Shown one piece after another: positions 34,622 to 45,153 of a DNA stretch of 64,000 nucleotides (its first letter is position 1; each line of letters starts with the position of its first letter). The notes under the pieces were generated by a model. The model was given only the letters and a program-made list of their open reading frames with translations, was not told the origin of the DNA and ran no database searches. The stretch is from Candidatus Cloacimonadales bacterium (GTDB taxonomy: Bacteria; Cloacimonadota; Cloacimonadia; Cloacimonadales; JAIOQZ01), in assembly GCA_963665815.1 (NCBI GenBank), contig OY762463.1:3808001-3872000 (forward strand), read 5' to 3'. A program made the position numbers and the translations under genes.

Positions 34622-36259
34622 CTACTTCATCATGATCATTTTATGGGTTTGTGTAGCATTTCCGCTTGTTAATCTGTAGAAGTAAATTCCACTGCTGCAG
34701 GCAGAACCGGATTGGCTCTTACCATTCCAGATAACTGAGTGATTCCCTTTTGTTTCAAATTTATTTACAAGAGTATTAATTTTTTGTCCTTTAATATTGA
34801 AAATTTCGAGTTTTACATTATTGTCAGACGGAATAGAGAACTCGATTCTTGTTTCAGGGTTGAATGGGTTAGGATAATTACTTATTGCAAAATCTTTCGA
34901 TGGAGCAAAGTCGAAATCAACAGGCGCATTCAGCTCTGCACACGAAAAAGCTCCCCAGAAAATTGCATTGCTGTTGATATCTGTAAATTCCATATCATCA
35001 ACATAACAGCTGTCAGAAAGTTCACCAATCATATATACAAGAGTGTCATTAACACTGCAAACACAAAGACTGCTGGAGCTTCCACTCCCCTGACCTTCCG
35101 TATCTTCAATCCAGGACCAGTCTCCTTCTGAATTCAGCGCTGCAATAAAAAAAGATGTTTCATTTGGTTCATAGTTGAAGACCGATTCTCCGAAGTTTGC
35201 ATATCCGGTATAGTGTCCAGAAACTAATATTCTTCCTGATTCAGTCAGGCACATTCTATAATTTCTGTCATATCCTGTACCGCCGGCAGGAACTATCCAT
35301 ACACAGTTTAAGTCGCTGTCCAGCTTGATTATTGCTGCATCCATACTTCCAGAACAGGTAACAGTTTGATTATCAAATGAAAGATTATCCTCAAATATAC
35401 AGGAAAGATATATGTTTCCTGCATCATCTACTTCAATATCATATCCTGATTCAAAACCTGTTCCGTCGATATTTGAGTATGATACTTCGTTTCCATCCGG
35501 TTCTGTAATCCATAAAAATGCGCAGTAGTCACATTCAGAATTATAACCTGTTGAATAAATGTTCCCATCAGCTCCGATATCAATTCCGTAACCACAGTCC
35601 TGACCGGAAGTTCCATGGTTTTGTGCCCATATCCAGTTTCCGGTTGTATCAAGCTTTGCCAGCAGAGCATCATCTCGACCATTCGATGTAAGAGTCTGAC
35701 TGCCAAAAGATGCAGTATCGGACAACTGTCCTGATACATAGATATTGCCTTGATGATCAAGTTTCATATCATAGATCATGTCATCTCCGGAGCTTCCGGT
35801 ATGTGTAATCCAATCCCATTGACCATCAGGAGTTATTCTGGAAATGAATATATCTCTTAGTGCATTCATCTGAACAGAATTTGTACCAAAATAAGCTGTT
35901 CCTGGTCCAGTAATGAGACCAGCCAGATAAATAAAACCTTGGGAATCAACATCAATTGTCATACCTTCGTCAAACCCTGTGCCTCCAGCACTTAAAACCC
36001 AGAGACATTCGCCTGAAGGGTCATATTTTGCAATAAAAATATCATAATATCCGTTAGACGTGAGAAGGAATTCCTCGATTCTCAAAGAATCTTCAAACCT
36101 ACCGGTAATATAAATATTCTGTGATTCATCTACGAATATTTCACGACCTCTGTCAACTCCAGGACCATCATAGCATTTGATATCATACCATTCAGCCTCC
36201 TGTGCACAAATCTGAAAAGACGCTGTTAAGATAATAAGAAGCATAATTGTTTGTCTCAT
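34622..36259 (-). CDS. Secreted SBBP-repeat beta-propeller protein with FlgD-Ig/T9SS-A-like C-terminus (paralog 1)
   Basis: Repeats D-x-x-GNIYxxG..DIFIAKYD..G..W; NYPNPFNPET; start placed at MRQTIM after AAGGAGG. Confidence 0.85.
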   Translation of the reverse strand: MRQTIMLLIILTASFQICAQEAEWYDIKCYDGPGVDRGREIFVDESQNIYITGRFEDSLRIEEFLLTSNGYYDIFIAKYDPSGECLWVLSAGGTGFDEGMTIDVDSQGFIYLAGLITGPGTAYFGTNSVQMNALRDIFISRITPDGQWDWITHTGSSGDDMIYDMKLDHQGNIYVSGQLSDTASFGSQTLTSNGRDDALLAKLDTTGNWIWAQNHGTSGQDCGYGIDIGADGNIYSTGYNSECDYCAFLWITEPDGNEVSYSNIDGTGFESGYDIEVDDAGNIYLSCIFEDNLSFDNQTVTCSGSMDAAIIKLDSDLNCVWIVPAGGTGYDRNYRMCLTESGRILVSGHYTGYANFGESVFNYEPNETSFFIAALNSEGDWSWIEDTEGQGSGSSSSLCVCSVNDTLVYMIGELSDSCYVDDMEFTDINSNAIFWGAFSCAELNAPVDFDFAPSKDFAISNYPNPFNPETRIEFSIPSDNNVKLEIFNIKGQKINTLVNKFETKGNHSVIWNGKSQSGSACSSGIYFYRLTSGNATQTHKMIMMK

Positions 36260-36507
36260 CTGTTCCTCCTTAAGGTTTATAGTCGCTGTCCCAACCAGCA
36301 TGTATTTAGAGTAATGCTCAAAAAATAAACCTATATTAATTATTTGTCAAAATATTTATAACTAATGTTTCCGACTTGATCTAAGTCATGATGATGAAAT
36401 AATATAACAAAAAAAAGATTTCATAATAAGATTTTCGTAACTTACTATAATCTATATAATTAACTAAAACGTAATACCTTAATTAATTTGTGAAAATAGT
36501 TCATTGG

Positions 36508-36704
36508 AATTGATTACATTCGTTTTCTTTGGTGTCAAAGAAAACGAAGCTAATGAAAGCACTTCTTTTTCAAAAAGTATTTTCAGCAAGCTGAAATCGT
36601 AAATCTTCCCTGAAATCCATCCAAGGCTTCAGGATTTCTTAACGGGAAAATTTACTATACGAAAGAAAAAGAAGAAATACCTCAAGCGGTGCAAAGCATT
36701 TAAA
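36508..36704 (+). repeat. Dispersed structured repeat or ncRNA candidate, copy 1
   Basis: Homologous to 48471-48659 with compensatory stem changes; strand uncertain. Confidence 0.75.
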
Positions 36705-36897
36705 AGTAATTAAGGGATGTAGATAATCGCGATTTTTCTAAAAATACAATACTTCTTGATATAAACAAAATAGATCATATAGAAGAATTCTTCATCCTTA
36801 TTTATCAATATCTTACATGCCGAAAAGATTTGTTATAATATTGTGTAAGGCCATAGCATAACTGAGGTAGTTGATTCGATTTTAGAATGAGTAAAAT

Positions 36898-38601
36898 CTA
36901 TTTTAACAATAACTTTTGTGTTTTTACTTCTTCACCTGTGTTAAGTTTAAAAAAGTAAACTCCACTGCTGCATGGTTTACTATCATTATCTGTTCCATCC
37001 CAAACTACAGAGTTTTCACCTTTTTCGAAGTTCGTGCTCTCAAATGTTTTAATTTTCTGACCTTTGATGTTATATATACCCATTTCTGCAATTGTATCTT
37101 TTGCGAAAGAGAACTCAATTCTGGTCTCGGGATTAAATTTGTTCGGGAAGTTACCTATCAGTTCACCTGTATATGATGCATCCATTGTGAAATCAATCTC
37201 ATTATCTTTTTTCCCAGGACGTAGGATTGCCCAAAATGGATCATTGTTAGAAACACCTGATCCGGAAAGTTCTGTATCGACCTGAATACTACCAAAATTC
37301 GATGATCCGTTAATGGTACCAGTAACTATAATATCTCCGTCGATAGAAACGTCGAGTGAGCGTGCAAATACGTTGTAGTATGAGTTGCGAATCTGACTTA
37401 TCTGAGTATTGTATTTCAACCAGTTAAGTGATCCAGTGTGACTTAAAGAAGCTACATAGAGTTGAGAGCTGTTTGATGGTCCCTGTACAGGACTAAAATT
37501 GGCAGATTGCCCCATCATTCCACTGACGATAACACCATTCTCGCTATTTCTAATGTTTCCGGGACGATCTTCTCCATTGCTGTTAATATTATAAACCCAT
37601 TGAGTATTCAGCTGAGGATCCAACTTACATACGTAGCAATTATAATTGTTAACACTACCTGAAATACCGATTGCATCCATTTTAATGTTATTCTTATAAG
37701 ATCCTAAAACATAAACGTTGGAACTGTCATCAACACAGACACCTTTAATATAATCATCTCTTAAACATTTGAAAGTGATGACATTTGTCCAGAAGGGAGT
37801 TGAGTCGATTTTGCCTAAAAATCCATCAATCTGACCGAAGATGTCAACAGCTTGACCTCCAAAATAACTATCTGAACCAATTACTCCTGCAACATATAGG
37901 TCTGTGTCTCCATTATGTTCATCTAATGCAAGGGCAAAAGCATAATCTTTACCTGTTCCTCCGGCTGTTTTGATCCAATTTAGAGTTCCATCAGAACCGT
38001 AGCAGGCTGCGAAAATATCTAAATCACCGTTACTGTTAATTTTATGTCCTTCAATTGTTACAGTATCAGAAAAGCCTCCGACAGTGTAAACATTGTCATT
38101 GGAATCTATCTTGATGTCATAAATTAAATCATCTTCCTGGCTACCAAACACCTTAATCCACTGATATTGACCCATAGTATTGAGCTTTGCTATAAATGAA
38201 TCTTCGAAATTTGCGTAGTAATTAAAACTACCATCAAAAATTGGATTAGATGATAGATATCCAACTACATACACATTGCCATTACTGTCTACATCAATAC
38301 CATATGAGTCATCCCAGGATGTTCCTCCAAAAGTTTGCACCCACTGTAAAACATTGAGCTTGTTATATTTGGCAAGGTAAATATCAAAATCCCCATGGCT
38401 GTAATATGAATTGTTACCAAGATTTATATGATCAGTGAATCTTCCTGTTACATAGTAATTTCCAGATGAATCATAAGCTATATCTCTTCCTTCATCTCTA
38501 CCTGGACTTTTTAGACTCTGGATGTTTTGCCAAGACGGATCTTCTCCTGACAATATAGTAAAAAGTATTACAAAAATGATTATTGAGTATAGTCTATTCA
38601 T
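36898..38601 (-). CDS. Secreted SBBP-repeat beta-propeller protein (paralog 2)
   Basis: Same repeat pattern; C-terminal GNFPNKFNPETRIEF...SSGVYF. Confidence 0.85.
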   Translation of the reverse strand: MNRLYSIIIFVILFTILSGEDPSWQNIQSLKSPGRDEGRDIAYDSSGNYYVTGRFTDHINLGNNSYYSHGDFDIYLAKYNKLNVLQWVQTFGGTSWDDSYGIDVDSNGNVYVVGYLSSNPIFDGSFNYYANFEDSFIAKLNTMGQYQWIKVFGSQEDDLIYDIKIDSNDNVYTVGGFSDTVTIEGHKINSNGDLDIFAACYGSDGTLNWIKTAGGTGKDYAFALALDEHNGDTDLYVAGVIGSDSYFGGQAVDIFGQIDGFLGKIDSTPFWTNVITFKCLRDDYIKGVCVDDSSNVYVLGSYKNNIKMDAIGISGSVNNYNCYVCKLDPQLNTQWVYNINSNGEDRPGNIRNSENGVIVSGMMGQSANFSPVQGPSNSSQLYVASLSHTGSLNWLKYNTQISQIRNSYYNVFARSLDVSIDGDIIVTGTINGSSNFGSIQVDTELSGSGVSNNDPFWAILRPGKKDNEIDFTMDASYTGELIGNFPNKFNPETRIEFSFAKDTIAEMGIYNIKGQKIKTFESTNFEKGENSVVWDGTDNDSKPCSSGVYFFKLNTGEEVKTQKLLLK

Positions 38602-38833
38602 TGCTCCCCCTTATTTATAACAGCTATTTACATTGAGAAAATCACTCCTTCTCATTAACGTAAATGTCGAGTATTTCCATATAACTTGTCAATGCAAAAA
38701 TATTTATATGAGGGAAATATTGAATATTGTTTCATTAAAACATTTGCCTATAATGCTCATCATTTTTTTTGAATTGTTTTCATTAAGAAGCTAATAGTAT
38801 CGTGAATATTTTATAAAAGCAATAAAAAATGAA

Positions 38834-38859
38834 ATAGCCTGCTGAGATGAGCAGGCTAT
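38834..38859 (-). terminator. Intrinsic terminator of paralog 3
   Basis: ATAGCCTGCT-6 nt-AGCAGGCTAT with T-rich tail on the minus strand. Confidence 0.7.
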
Positions 38860-38875
38860 AACGCTGGTAAATTTA

Positions 38876-40615
38876 TTATTTAAGCAATAGCATTTTTTGA
38901 GTTTGAACTTCTTTTCCTGTATCAAGCTTGAAGAAATAAACACCACTGCTGCAAGGATTGCTGTCACCATCTGTTCCATTCCATATTACTGAATTATCAC
39001 CTTTACTAAAGTATCGTTCTTTAAATGTTTTAATTTTCTGACCTTTGATATTGTATATGCTCAGATTAACAACTTCATCTTTTGCAAGTGAAAACTCAAT
39101 TCTGGTTTCAGGGTTAAATGGATTTGGGAAGTTTCCATGCAATTTCACTGTGTAGTTTGCACAATAATCCTCGTCTACTGCAGTAATGGTGGAATCTGGA
39201 TGAAGGATTGCCCAAAACGCATCATTATCATCTTCTCCACCCAGACAGAGATACGACTGTACGCTATAGTTATCGAAGAAGCAATAACCATTTACAGATC
39301 CGGTTACTGCAATATCGTTGTTCGAATTTACTGCTGTGCATCTAACATTAGCAAGATGATAGTCATTGGCAATGTCAGATTCCTGCTGTGTAGTTTTAAG
39401 CCAGTTCCAAGTACCTGATGTAGAAATTTCTGAAACATATATTTGAGTGTTTCCCGATGGACCTGTAAAAGCTGAACCGAAGTTTGCGTCTGAACCGATC
39501 ATACCACAGATGATAAGATTATCATCATTTCCGGGAGTTATTCTGTATATTCTGTTGTGTCCTGCATCAGTAATTGATTCAAGCCAGTCTAATTCACCTT
39601 CATTATCCATTTTAAACAGATAGGAATTAGTGCCAGATGTGTTAGCTTGGAGGTAAAAGTCATCAATAATTATATTATTTGTGTAGAATCCTGCAATATA
39701 TATGTTCGAGTTGCTGTCGACAAAAACATCTGTTGTACAGTCTGTAGATCCACAAACAAAAGTTTTGACAAAATCCCAGTTATGGTTGTTATCTAAACGG
39801 GCAACAAAGCCTTCGGCTCCCCCCGCTGTTGGCAATTGTAGATTTCCAAATTGGCACGTTACTTCACATACTCCAACAACGTATACTTCTGTTGAATTAT
39901 ATTGCTCATTGATACTTAATGCAAGGGCATAATCTGTACCAATACCTCCAGCCGATTCAGACCAGACAAAGTTCCCTGTAGAGTCGATCTTAGTAACGAA
40001 AATATCTTTATCTCCTTGACTTATTAAAGTGTTAGGGCCATGGTTCACCGTTCCTTGAAAATGTCCTGCAATATATATATTGTCATGTGAATCCAGTTCT
40101 AAATCATAAACAAAATCAATTGTGTCATTGCCGAAAGTATTAACCCACAGGAACTGCCCATCACTGTTAAGTTTTGCTGCAAATCCATCCCAGGTTCCGA
40201 CAGTTGGAGCAAAATCATTGCTGAATATTACCCCGGAAGACACATGACCAGCTATAAATATATCTCCATTATTACTGATTTTCAATCCATAAATATCATC
40301 TCTATCACATCCACCAATAATGTTTACCCATTGACAAACATTTAAAGAATCAAACTTTGCTACAAAAATATCCAGATTGTTACCTATGTTAGGGAAGCGG
40401 CAACTATATTGCACACCTTCAATTACAATATTGTTAGTAAAAGTTCCAGCAATATAGAGATTGTTCTGATTATCGTATGCACACATCCTGCCGTGATCCT
40501 GAGAAATACTGCTGTAGCTGTGAACTGTTTCCCAGACAGGCTCTGTTCCTGAAAGAACTGAAAAAGTAGTAGTAAAGATTAATACTAAAATGATTAATGA
40601 ATAAATTTTATTCAT
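38876..40615 (-). CDS. Secreted SBBP-repeat beta-propeller protein (paralog 3)
   Basis: Same repeats; GNFPNPFNPETRIEF; N-terminus MNKIYSLII close to paralog 2 MNRLYSIII. Confidence 0.85.
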   Translation of the reverse strand: MNKIYSLIILVLIFTTTFSVLSGTEPVWETVHSYSSISQDHGRMCAYDNQNNLYIAGTFTNNIVIEGVQYSCRFPNIGNNLDIFVAKFDSLNVCQWVNIIGGCDRDDIYGLKISNNGDIFIAGHVSSGVIFSNDFAPTVGTWDGFAAKLNSDGQFLWVNTFGNDTIDFVYDLELDSHDNIYIAGHFQGTVNHGPNTLISQGDKDIFVTKIDSTGNFVWSESAGGIGTDYALALSINEQYNSTEVYVVGVCEVTCQFGNLQLPTAGGAEGFVARLDNNHNWDFVKTFVCGSTDCTTDVFVDSNSNIYIAGFYTNNIIIDDFYLQANTSGTNSYLFKMDNEGELDWLESITDAGHNRIYRITPGNDDNLIICGMIGSDANFGSAFTGPSGNTQIYVSEISTSGTWNWLKTTQQESDIANDYHLANVRCTAVNSNNDIAVTGSVNGYCFFDNYSVQSYLCLGGEDDNDAFWAILHPDSTITAVDEDYCANYTVKLHGNFPNPFNPETRIEFSLAKDEVVNLSIYNIKGQKIKTFKERYFSKGDNSVIWNGTDGDSNPCSSGVYFFKLDTGKEVQTQKMLLLK

Positions 40616-40749
40616 TGTTTCCCCCTTTGAGTAAAAAAATGCTTCGATTTTTCTATAAAATTATTGTACACAAATAATGATCATATACTGATGATTTGTC
40701 AATGCAAAAATGTTTTTTATGAAAATAATGCTTATAAGGTTTTAGGGAT

Positions 40750-40773
40750 AAAAAAAAGCCGAGTAACTCGGCT
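40750..40773 (-). terminator. Terminator of the tRNA operon
   Basis: AGCCGAG-tta-CTCGGCT followed by T run on the minus strand. Confidence 0.85.
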
Positions 40774-40782
40774 GAATATATA

Positions 40783-40869
40783 TGGTACCAGAGGCCGGAC
40801 TTGAACCGGCACGAAGCGAGCTTCGAGGGATTTTAAGTCCCTTGTGTCTACCAATTCCACCACTCCGGC
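40783..40869 (-). tRNA. tRNA-Leu(TAA)
   Basis: GCCGGAGTGGTGGAATTGGTAGAC..., anticodon TAA, long variable arm, CCA. Confidence 0.96.
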
Positions 40870-40884
40870 AAGCAATATCAAAAA

Positions 40885-40958
40885 TGGAGGCGACACCCGG
40901 ATTCGAACCGGGGATGAAGATTTTGCAGACCTTAGCCTTACCACTTGGCGATGTCGCC
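40885..40958 (-). tRNA. tRNA-Cys(GCA)
   Basis: GGCGACATCGCCAAGTGGTAAGGC..CT-GCA-AA..TCCA (U73). Confidence 0.96.
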
Positions 40959-40972
40959 TGATTAAAAAAAAA

Positions 40973-41047
<75 letters not shown>

Positions 41048-41286
41048 ATCGCAAAAGCAAAGTCATATCTACTTTCGGCATTTTTCTTGTCAATAGAAAA
41101 TTTATAGAAAATTCATAAAAAATTGAGAGATTATGCCTAATTATCAGAAGAATTAGAGGTTAGAGATTGAAGGAAATTTGAGCATAAAATCGACGTGAGA
41201 CTTTCTAATTAATGATTCAGATAATCTGAGTAGTTCAATATGAAAATCAGCTCAGACACAAAATCTTATGTGAAAATCCTGCATTC

Positions 41287-42129
41287 TTATCCCATAGACT
41301 TCAAAATAATATCATTTACCTCAACGTCAAGATCTCTTGCAATAATGGGGCATTTAGCTTTCAGTAGAAAGAATATCGGAGCATCAACTTCCGAGAGTGC
41401 TTCAAAATTCCCCTGACCCTTACTGATAATCATCGGAGCTCTATTGAATATATCCATAAACTCAGGGCTGCAAAGTGAAAGCAATGTACCCGGAGCTGTA
41501 GATCCGGAAGAAACTACTTCGGCTACATCATGTATACCTGCTAGCTCAGCTTCATTAAGAGATGCGTCGTTAATTACAGGTTTTGCTTTTACAGCGAAGA
41601 TGGTTTTCTTGTTCATCGTTTCTATCAGAAGTTTATCGAGAACAGCTTCACCGGAATTGTCTGCAAGATAGAGAATGAACTCAGCTTTATCAAGCTTGTT
41701 CCTGAATTTCTCGAAGTCGAAGATTGCAAAATCCTGAGTCAGCTTTTCTTCTATTGCCTGCTCAATATCCATAACTTTTTCCAGACCGTAATCAATGACA
41801 TTTCCGGCAATAGCGAGACGTACAGCCATCTCAAGTTGATTGTCCGATTGACTTAGCTTCTGCTTTAACGCAGGATATAATGATTTAACTTTCTCAATGT
41901 TCTGCTGTTTAATTGCTTGATACGGATCAGCATTACCTGAAACATCTGCAATAATTTTGTATATGTGCTCTGCGATTTCCGGAGGTGTAGAATCCATGGA
42001 AACTTTTTGCAGATAGTCCTTAACTTGCAGCATTATTTCGTTATGTATATCAGCATCGTGTGTTGCCAGTTTTGCAGTTCGTTCAGCCTGTTTTTCAAAG
42101 CATTTAAAACATTTCTCGTAGGTTCTCAT
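41287..42129 (-). CDS. DUF89/ARMT1-like damage-control phosphatase
   Basis: CxxC N-terminus, AIAGNVID, DNSGE, ISKGQGNFE, LLKAKC. Confidence 0.9.
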   Translation of the reverse strand: MRTYEKCFKCFEKQAERTAKLATHDADIHNEIMLQVKDYLQKVSMDSTPPEIAEHIYKIIADVSGNADPYQAIKQQNIEKVKSLYPALKQKLSQSDNQLEMAVRLAIAGNVIDYGLEKVMDIEQAIEEKLTQDFAIFDFEKFRNKLDKAEFILYLADNSGEAVLDKLLIETMNKKTIFAVKAKPVINDASLNEAELAGIHDVAEVVSSGSTAPGTLLSLCSPEFMDIFNRAPMIISKGQGNFEALSEVDAPIFFLLKAKCPIIARDLDVEVNDIILKSMG

Positions 42130-42170
42130 TATGATATCCTTTGATTTTCAGATGAGTCAATGAAAATAAG

Positions 42171-42428
42171 CTTATGTATTAAGGCAAGGGAAAAGTCAGT
42201 TTGCCTTTTGTACAATCAAACACAAACAGCTTTGCCTGAATCGATTCGATGAGATTTTAGAATTAAATCCATAAAGATCGTTATATTATCTAATAAATTC
42301 TAAAATTGGGTCAACTACTCTATTTAAGTGCAAGGCTCGGAACGAGACCTTTGCATATTCTAAAATCGGTCAACTTCTCCATTTATGTATTAAGGCAAGG
42401 AAAAAGGCAGGATTAGAACCTGCCTTGA
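42171..42428. repeat. Intergenic mosaic of short direct and inverted repeats
   Basis: TTATGTATTAAGGCAAGG twice; ATTCTAAAAT..GGTCAACT.CTC.ATTTA twice at 60-bp spacing. Confidence 0.6.
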
Positions 42429-42459
42429 CCCAACACAAAAAACTTTTCTTAAATATCTA

Positions 42460-44400
42460 TCAAATTGATATGTTCTGTTTATTTCCGAAATCAAACTTCC
42501 ATTTATCAACAATATCTATAATATCAGCTATTTCTTCTCTTGTGAACTCTATCTTATTCTTGTTCTTACTGCTGATATAATCTTCAAGTGAACTGAATTC
42601 TCTTGAATCAACCAGTTTCAGTAATTCAAGTCCCTCTGCATAGTCCTTTCTTAAAAGAAGTTCTCGCAGAACAGATGGAGTTCTTACAGATCCAATTTCA
42701 CCTGGATTATCAATGTATAAACGTTTCATAGTGTTATACATACCGCAGGACGCCATGATTCTGACAATATTGCTTTTGGTTGTACCTATTAAAAAGCTGT
42801 TATTATCATCAATATAGCTCCAGGCATTTTTGACTAAGACTTTAGCCTTATCTTTATCCCCCGATATGTAATATACTGATGCTATTTCAGATAACAATTC
42901 AGCTCCTCTTGAATTCTGCGGAATTTCATCAAGAAATCGGTTTATCCTTTTCAGCATAGAGGAAGTCTGAGTTCTATTATCTGCTTCAATATATGCCTTT
43001 GCTGATGCACACATTACTGACACTTTCGCAATAGTGCTTCCTGATGATTCTATTAGTCTTTCAAGTTCATCGGTCATGTTTTTCTCGGCAAAGATTTTTG
43101 CCAGATTATTCCTGTATCTGTGAAAAGAAGAACTTTTCAATCTTTTATTCATGAGTGAATGGATTTTCCCGAATTTTAGAATACTAATATTGTCGGCAGC
43201 TTCGTCTGTACTGCAGGAATCCGGAATATCAACTGTTACAAATTGCCTGTCTATTTGATCAGCCCATTCACTATACCCTTTTTTATACATGTTTTCAACA
43301 AGTCTGTATAACGCAAAGTCATCTTTTTTTATGTATTCTGCTGTATTTAAAAAATCTTCTTTTAATGTTATAATTCTATTGTCTATTTTGTATTTATTGA
43401 TGTAATTAATTGAAAATGAAGCTTGGGTAGAGTCTTTGATCTTCTTCTGTAGTTCTTCTGCTTTTTCTAACTTATCTTCTTTCAACAAATATGATATTGC
43501 ACTGGTGTAAACTCTTTCCGCAGGATTCAGAGTTGGTAATCCTGCTGCGGAAACTAAACTTTTGGGTGAAGGTTTAATTTTATCTGCAATATCAATAGCC
43601 TTTTCTATCTTGGATGTTTTAATATAACTAATTGCCAGATAAATCCATGAATCCTCAACCTTGTGGTTAACAAGAGAACCAAAAGCAAATCGTTTCAGTG
43701 TGCCCTTCAAGCCTTTTTCTTTAAGGAATATTGATTTCACTTCACTCTCGTTAGACAGACATAATTCTATCAACTCGTACAGCTTTTCAGAAGCTGTTAT
43801 GTTATCTGAATTGTAAAACGACTCTGCTATTTTGCATAATGCAGAAATCCATGTTTTATGTTCTGCATTATATTTTGAGTCTATCAGCAAGGTTGTGAGT
43901 GTGGCTTTTCTGTATTCTCCGCATTTTGTATAACCCTCAACAAGATCGCATAATGGGAAAGCTCCAACTCCACTTGAATTATCCAAGGCAGTACTAAATT
44001 CTTTTTTTGCTGTTTCAGATGAATTTGAGTCAGAGTTAAAGTTGACTATAGCATCATTGTTTAACTTTGATGTATAGGGTCTGAATCGGTATGCTTCATA
44101 AATTGCATCCAGGGGATTTTTGTAAGGATCAAATTCTATTTGGGCTTTCTCGTTTTTCAGATGATTGCTCAGTGCCTGTATCTGAGATTTGTACAAGGAT
44201 GAATCAGCAAGCACATAGCTTCTCATAAGCTCATTTTTGGCGATCAGTTCAATATTTTCCATCTCCGGAATGTTTTCAATATCATTAATGAAGCTTTCTA
44301 ATGATTCTATCAGAGAAGGATGGGTTTCATTGCTGCCTGCACAACTTGAGATTAAGAGAATTACTATGAATAATAATGCGTATATACTAAATCTTGTCAT
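42460..44400 (-). CDS. Lipoprotein with helical (TPR-like) repeats
   Basis: Lipobox ISSC; AAGGAG SD; all-helical repeat pattern. Confidence 0.65.
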   Translation of the reverse strand: MTRFSIYALLFIVILLISSCAGSNETHPSLIESLESFINDIENIPEMENIELIAKNELMRSYVLADSSLYKSQIQALSNHLKNEKAQIEFDPYKNPLDAIYEAYRFRPYTSKLNNDAIVNFNSDSNSSETAKKEFSTALDNSSGVGAFPLCDLVEGYTKCGEYRKATLTTLLIDSKYNAEHKTWISALCKIAESFYNSDNITASEKLYELIELCLSNESEVKSIFLKEKGLKGTLKRFAFGSLVNHKVEDSWIYLAISYIKTSKIEKAIDIADKIKPSPKSLVSAAGLPTLNPAERVYTSAISYLLKEDKLEKAEELQKKIKDSTQASFSINYINKYKIDNRIITLKEDFLNTAEYIKKDDFALYRLVENMYKKGYSEWADQIDRQFVTVDIPDSCSTDEAADNISILKFGKIHSLMNKRLKSSSFHRYRNNLAKIFAEKNMTDELERLIESSGSTIAKVSVMCASAKAYIEADNRTQTSSMLKRINRFLDEIPQNSRGAELLSEIASVYYISGDKDKAKVLVKNAWSYIDDNNSFLIGTTKSNIVRIMASCGMYNTMKRLYIDNPGEIGSVRTPSVLRELLLRKDYAEGLELLKLVDSREFSSLEDYISSKNKNKIEFTREEIADIIDIVDKWKFDFGNKQNISI

Positions 44401-44412
44401 TAGTTGCTCCTT

Positions 44413-45153
44413 CTATGCTTCTCTTTTAGGGATCAGGAAGAAAATCCCTGATATCAGTATTGGTAACGGCAGAACAGAGTAAAATGTTATTCCCCATAAG
44501 AACAGATTCAGTCTGGATGTCTTGAATTCCAGGAAGTGAACCAGAGCTGCGATGTCCGGGAACAGGTACATGATGAATATGCCCAATGCAATAAAAAGTA
44601 CTCCGCTTATTTTAGGAAACTTGAAAGAAATAAGCTCAATCAGGAATAGTATACCGAATATTGTTGTGTAAATCATTGCGTCTGCAAATGAGTTGCTGGA
44701 AATCAGAAACAATGCGAACCACAACGACAGCACTATACCGGAAACTATTCTGGCTGCTTTTGCTGAGCTGTATGCGCTGAATGTATTGAATATAAACTTT
44801 GTCATAAGGGGTACAATTAGCAAAACCTGAAATTCCGCAGGAGGTTTTTCTCCGAATCTTATGTATTTGGCAATCATTATCAAGATTACCAGAATAAGAA
44901 ATGTGTGAAAACCTATATGACTGCTGAATCTGCTGAAATGTAGCTGAAGTTCGTCAATCTCTCTCTGTCTGGTTAGCTCGAAAACAAGGGGCAGGATGAT
45001 GATGGCTGAGGCTGAAGCTGTCAGTAATATGATTTTAGCTGATGCAGAATCAACAAAACCTGTGCAGATTGATGCTATGATAAGCAGTAAAAGCCATATA
45101 CTCCCTATAAAACTGTACTTTTGCTTAAATTTGTTATACATTTTTTCCTCCAT
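44413..45153 (-). CDS. Multi-pass membrane protein
   Basis: About eight hydrophobic segments, DE(L)Q motif as in DUF2178-like partners of XRE regulators. Confidence 0.7.
   Translation of the reverse strand: MEEKMYNKFKQKYSFIGSIWLLLLIIASICTGFVDSASAKIILLTASASAIIILPLVFELTRQREIDELQLHFSRFSSHIGFHTFLILVILIMIAKYIRFGEKPPAEFQVLLIVPLMTKFIFNTFSAYSSAKAARIVSGIVLSLWFALFLISSNSFADAMIYTTIFGILFLIELISFKFPKISGVLFIALGIFIMYLFPDIAALVHFLEFKTSRLNLFLWGITFYSVLPLPILISGIFFLIPKREA

Noticed and set aside
34622..40615. FlgD-Ig domains as flagellar hook-cap genes
   Set aside because: They are C-terminal appendages on secreted proteins, not FlgD itself
42297..42390. 60-bp-period repeat as a mini CRISPR
   Set aside because: Only two imperfect copies, palindromic spacer, no cas genes
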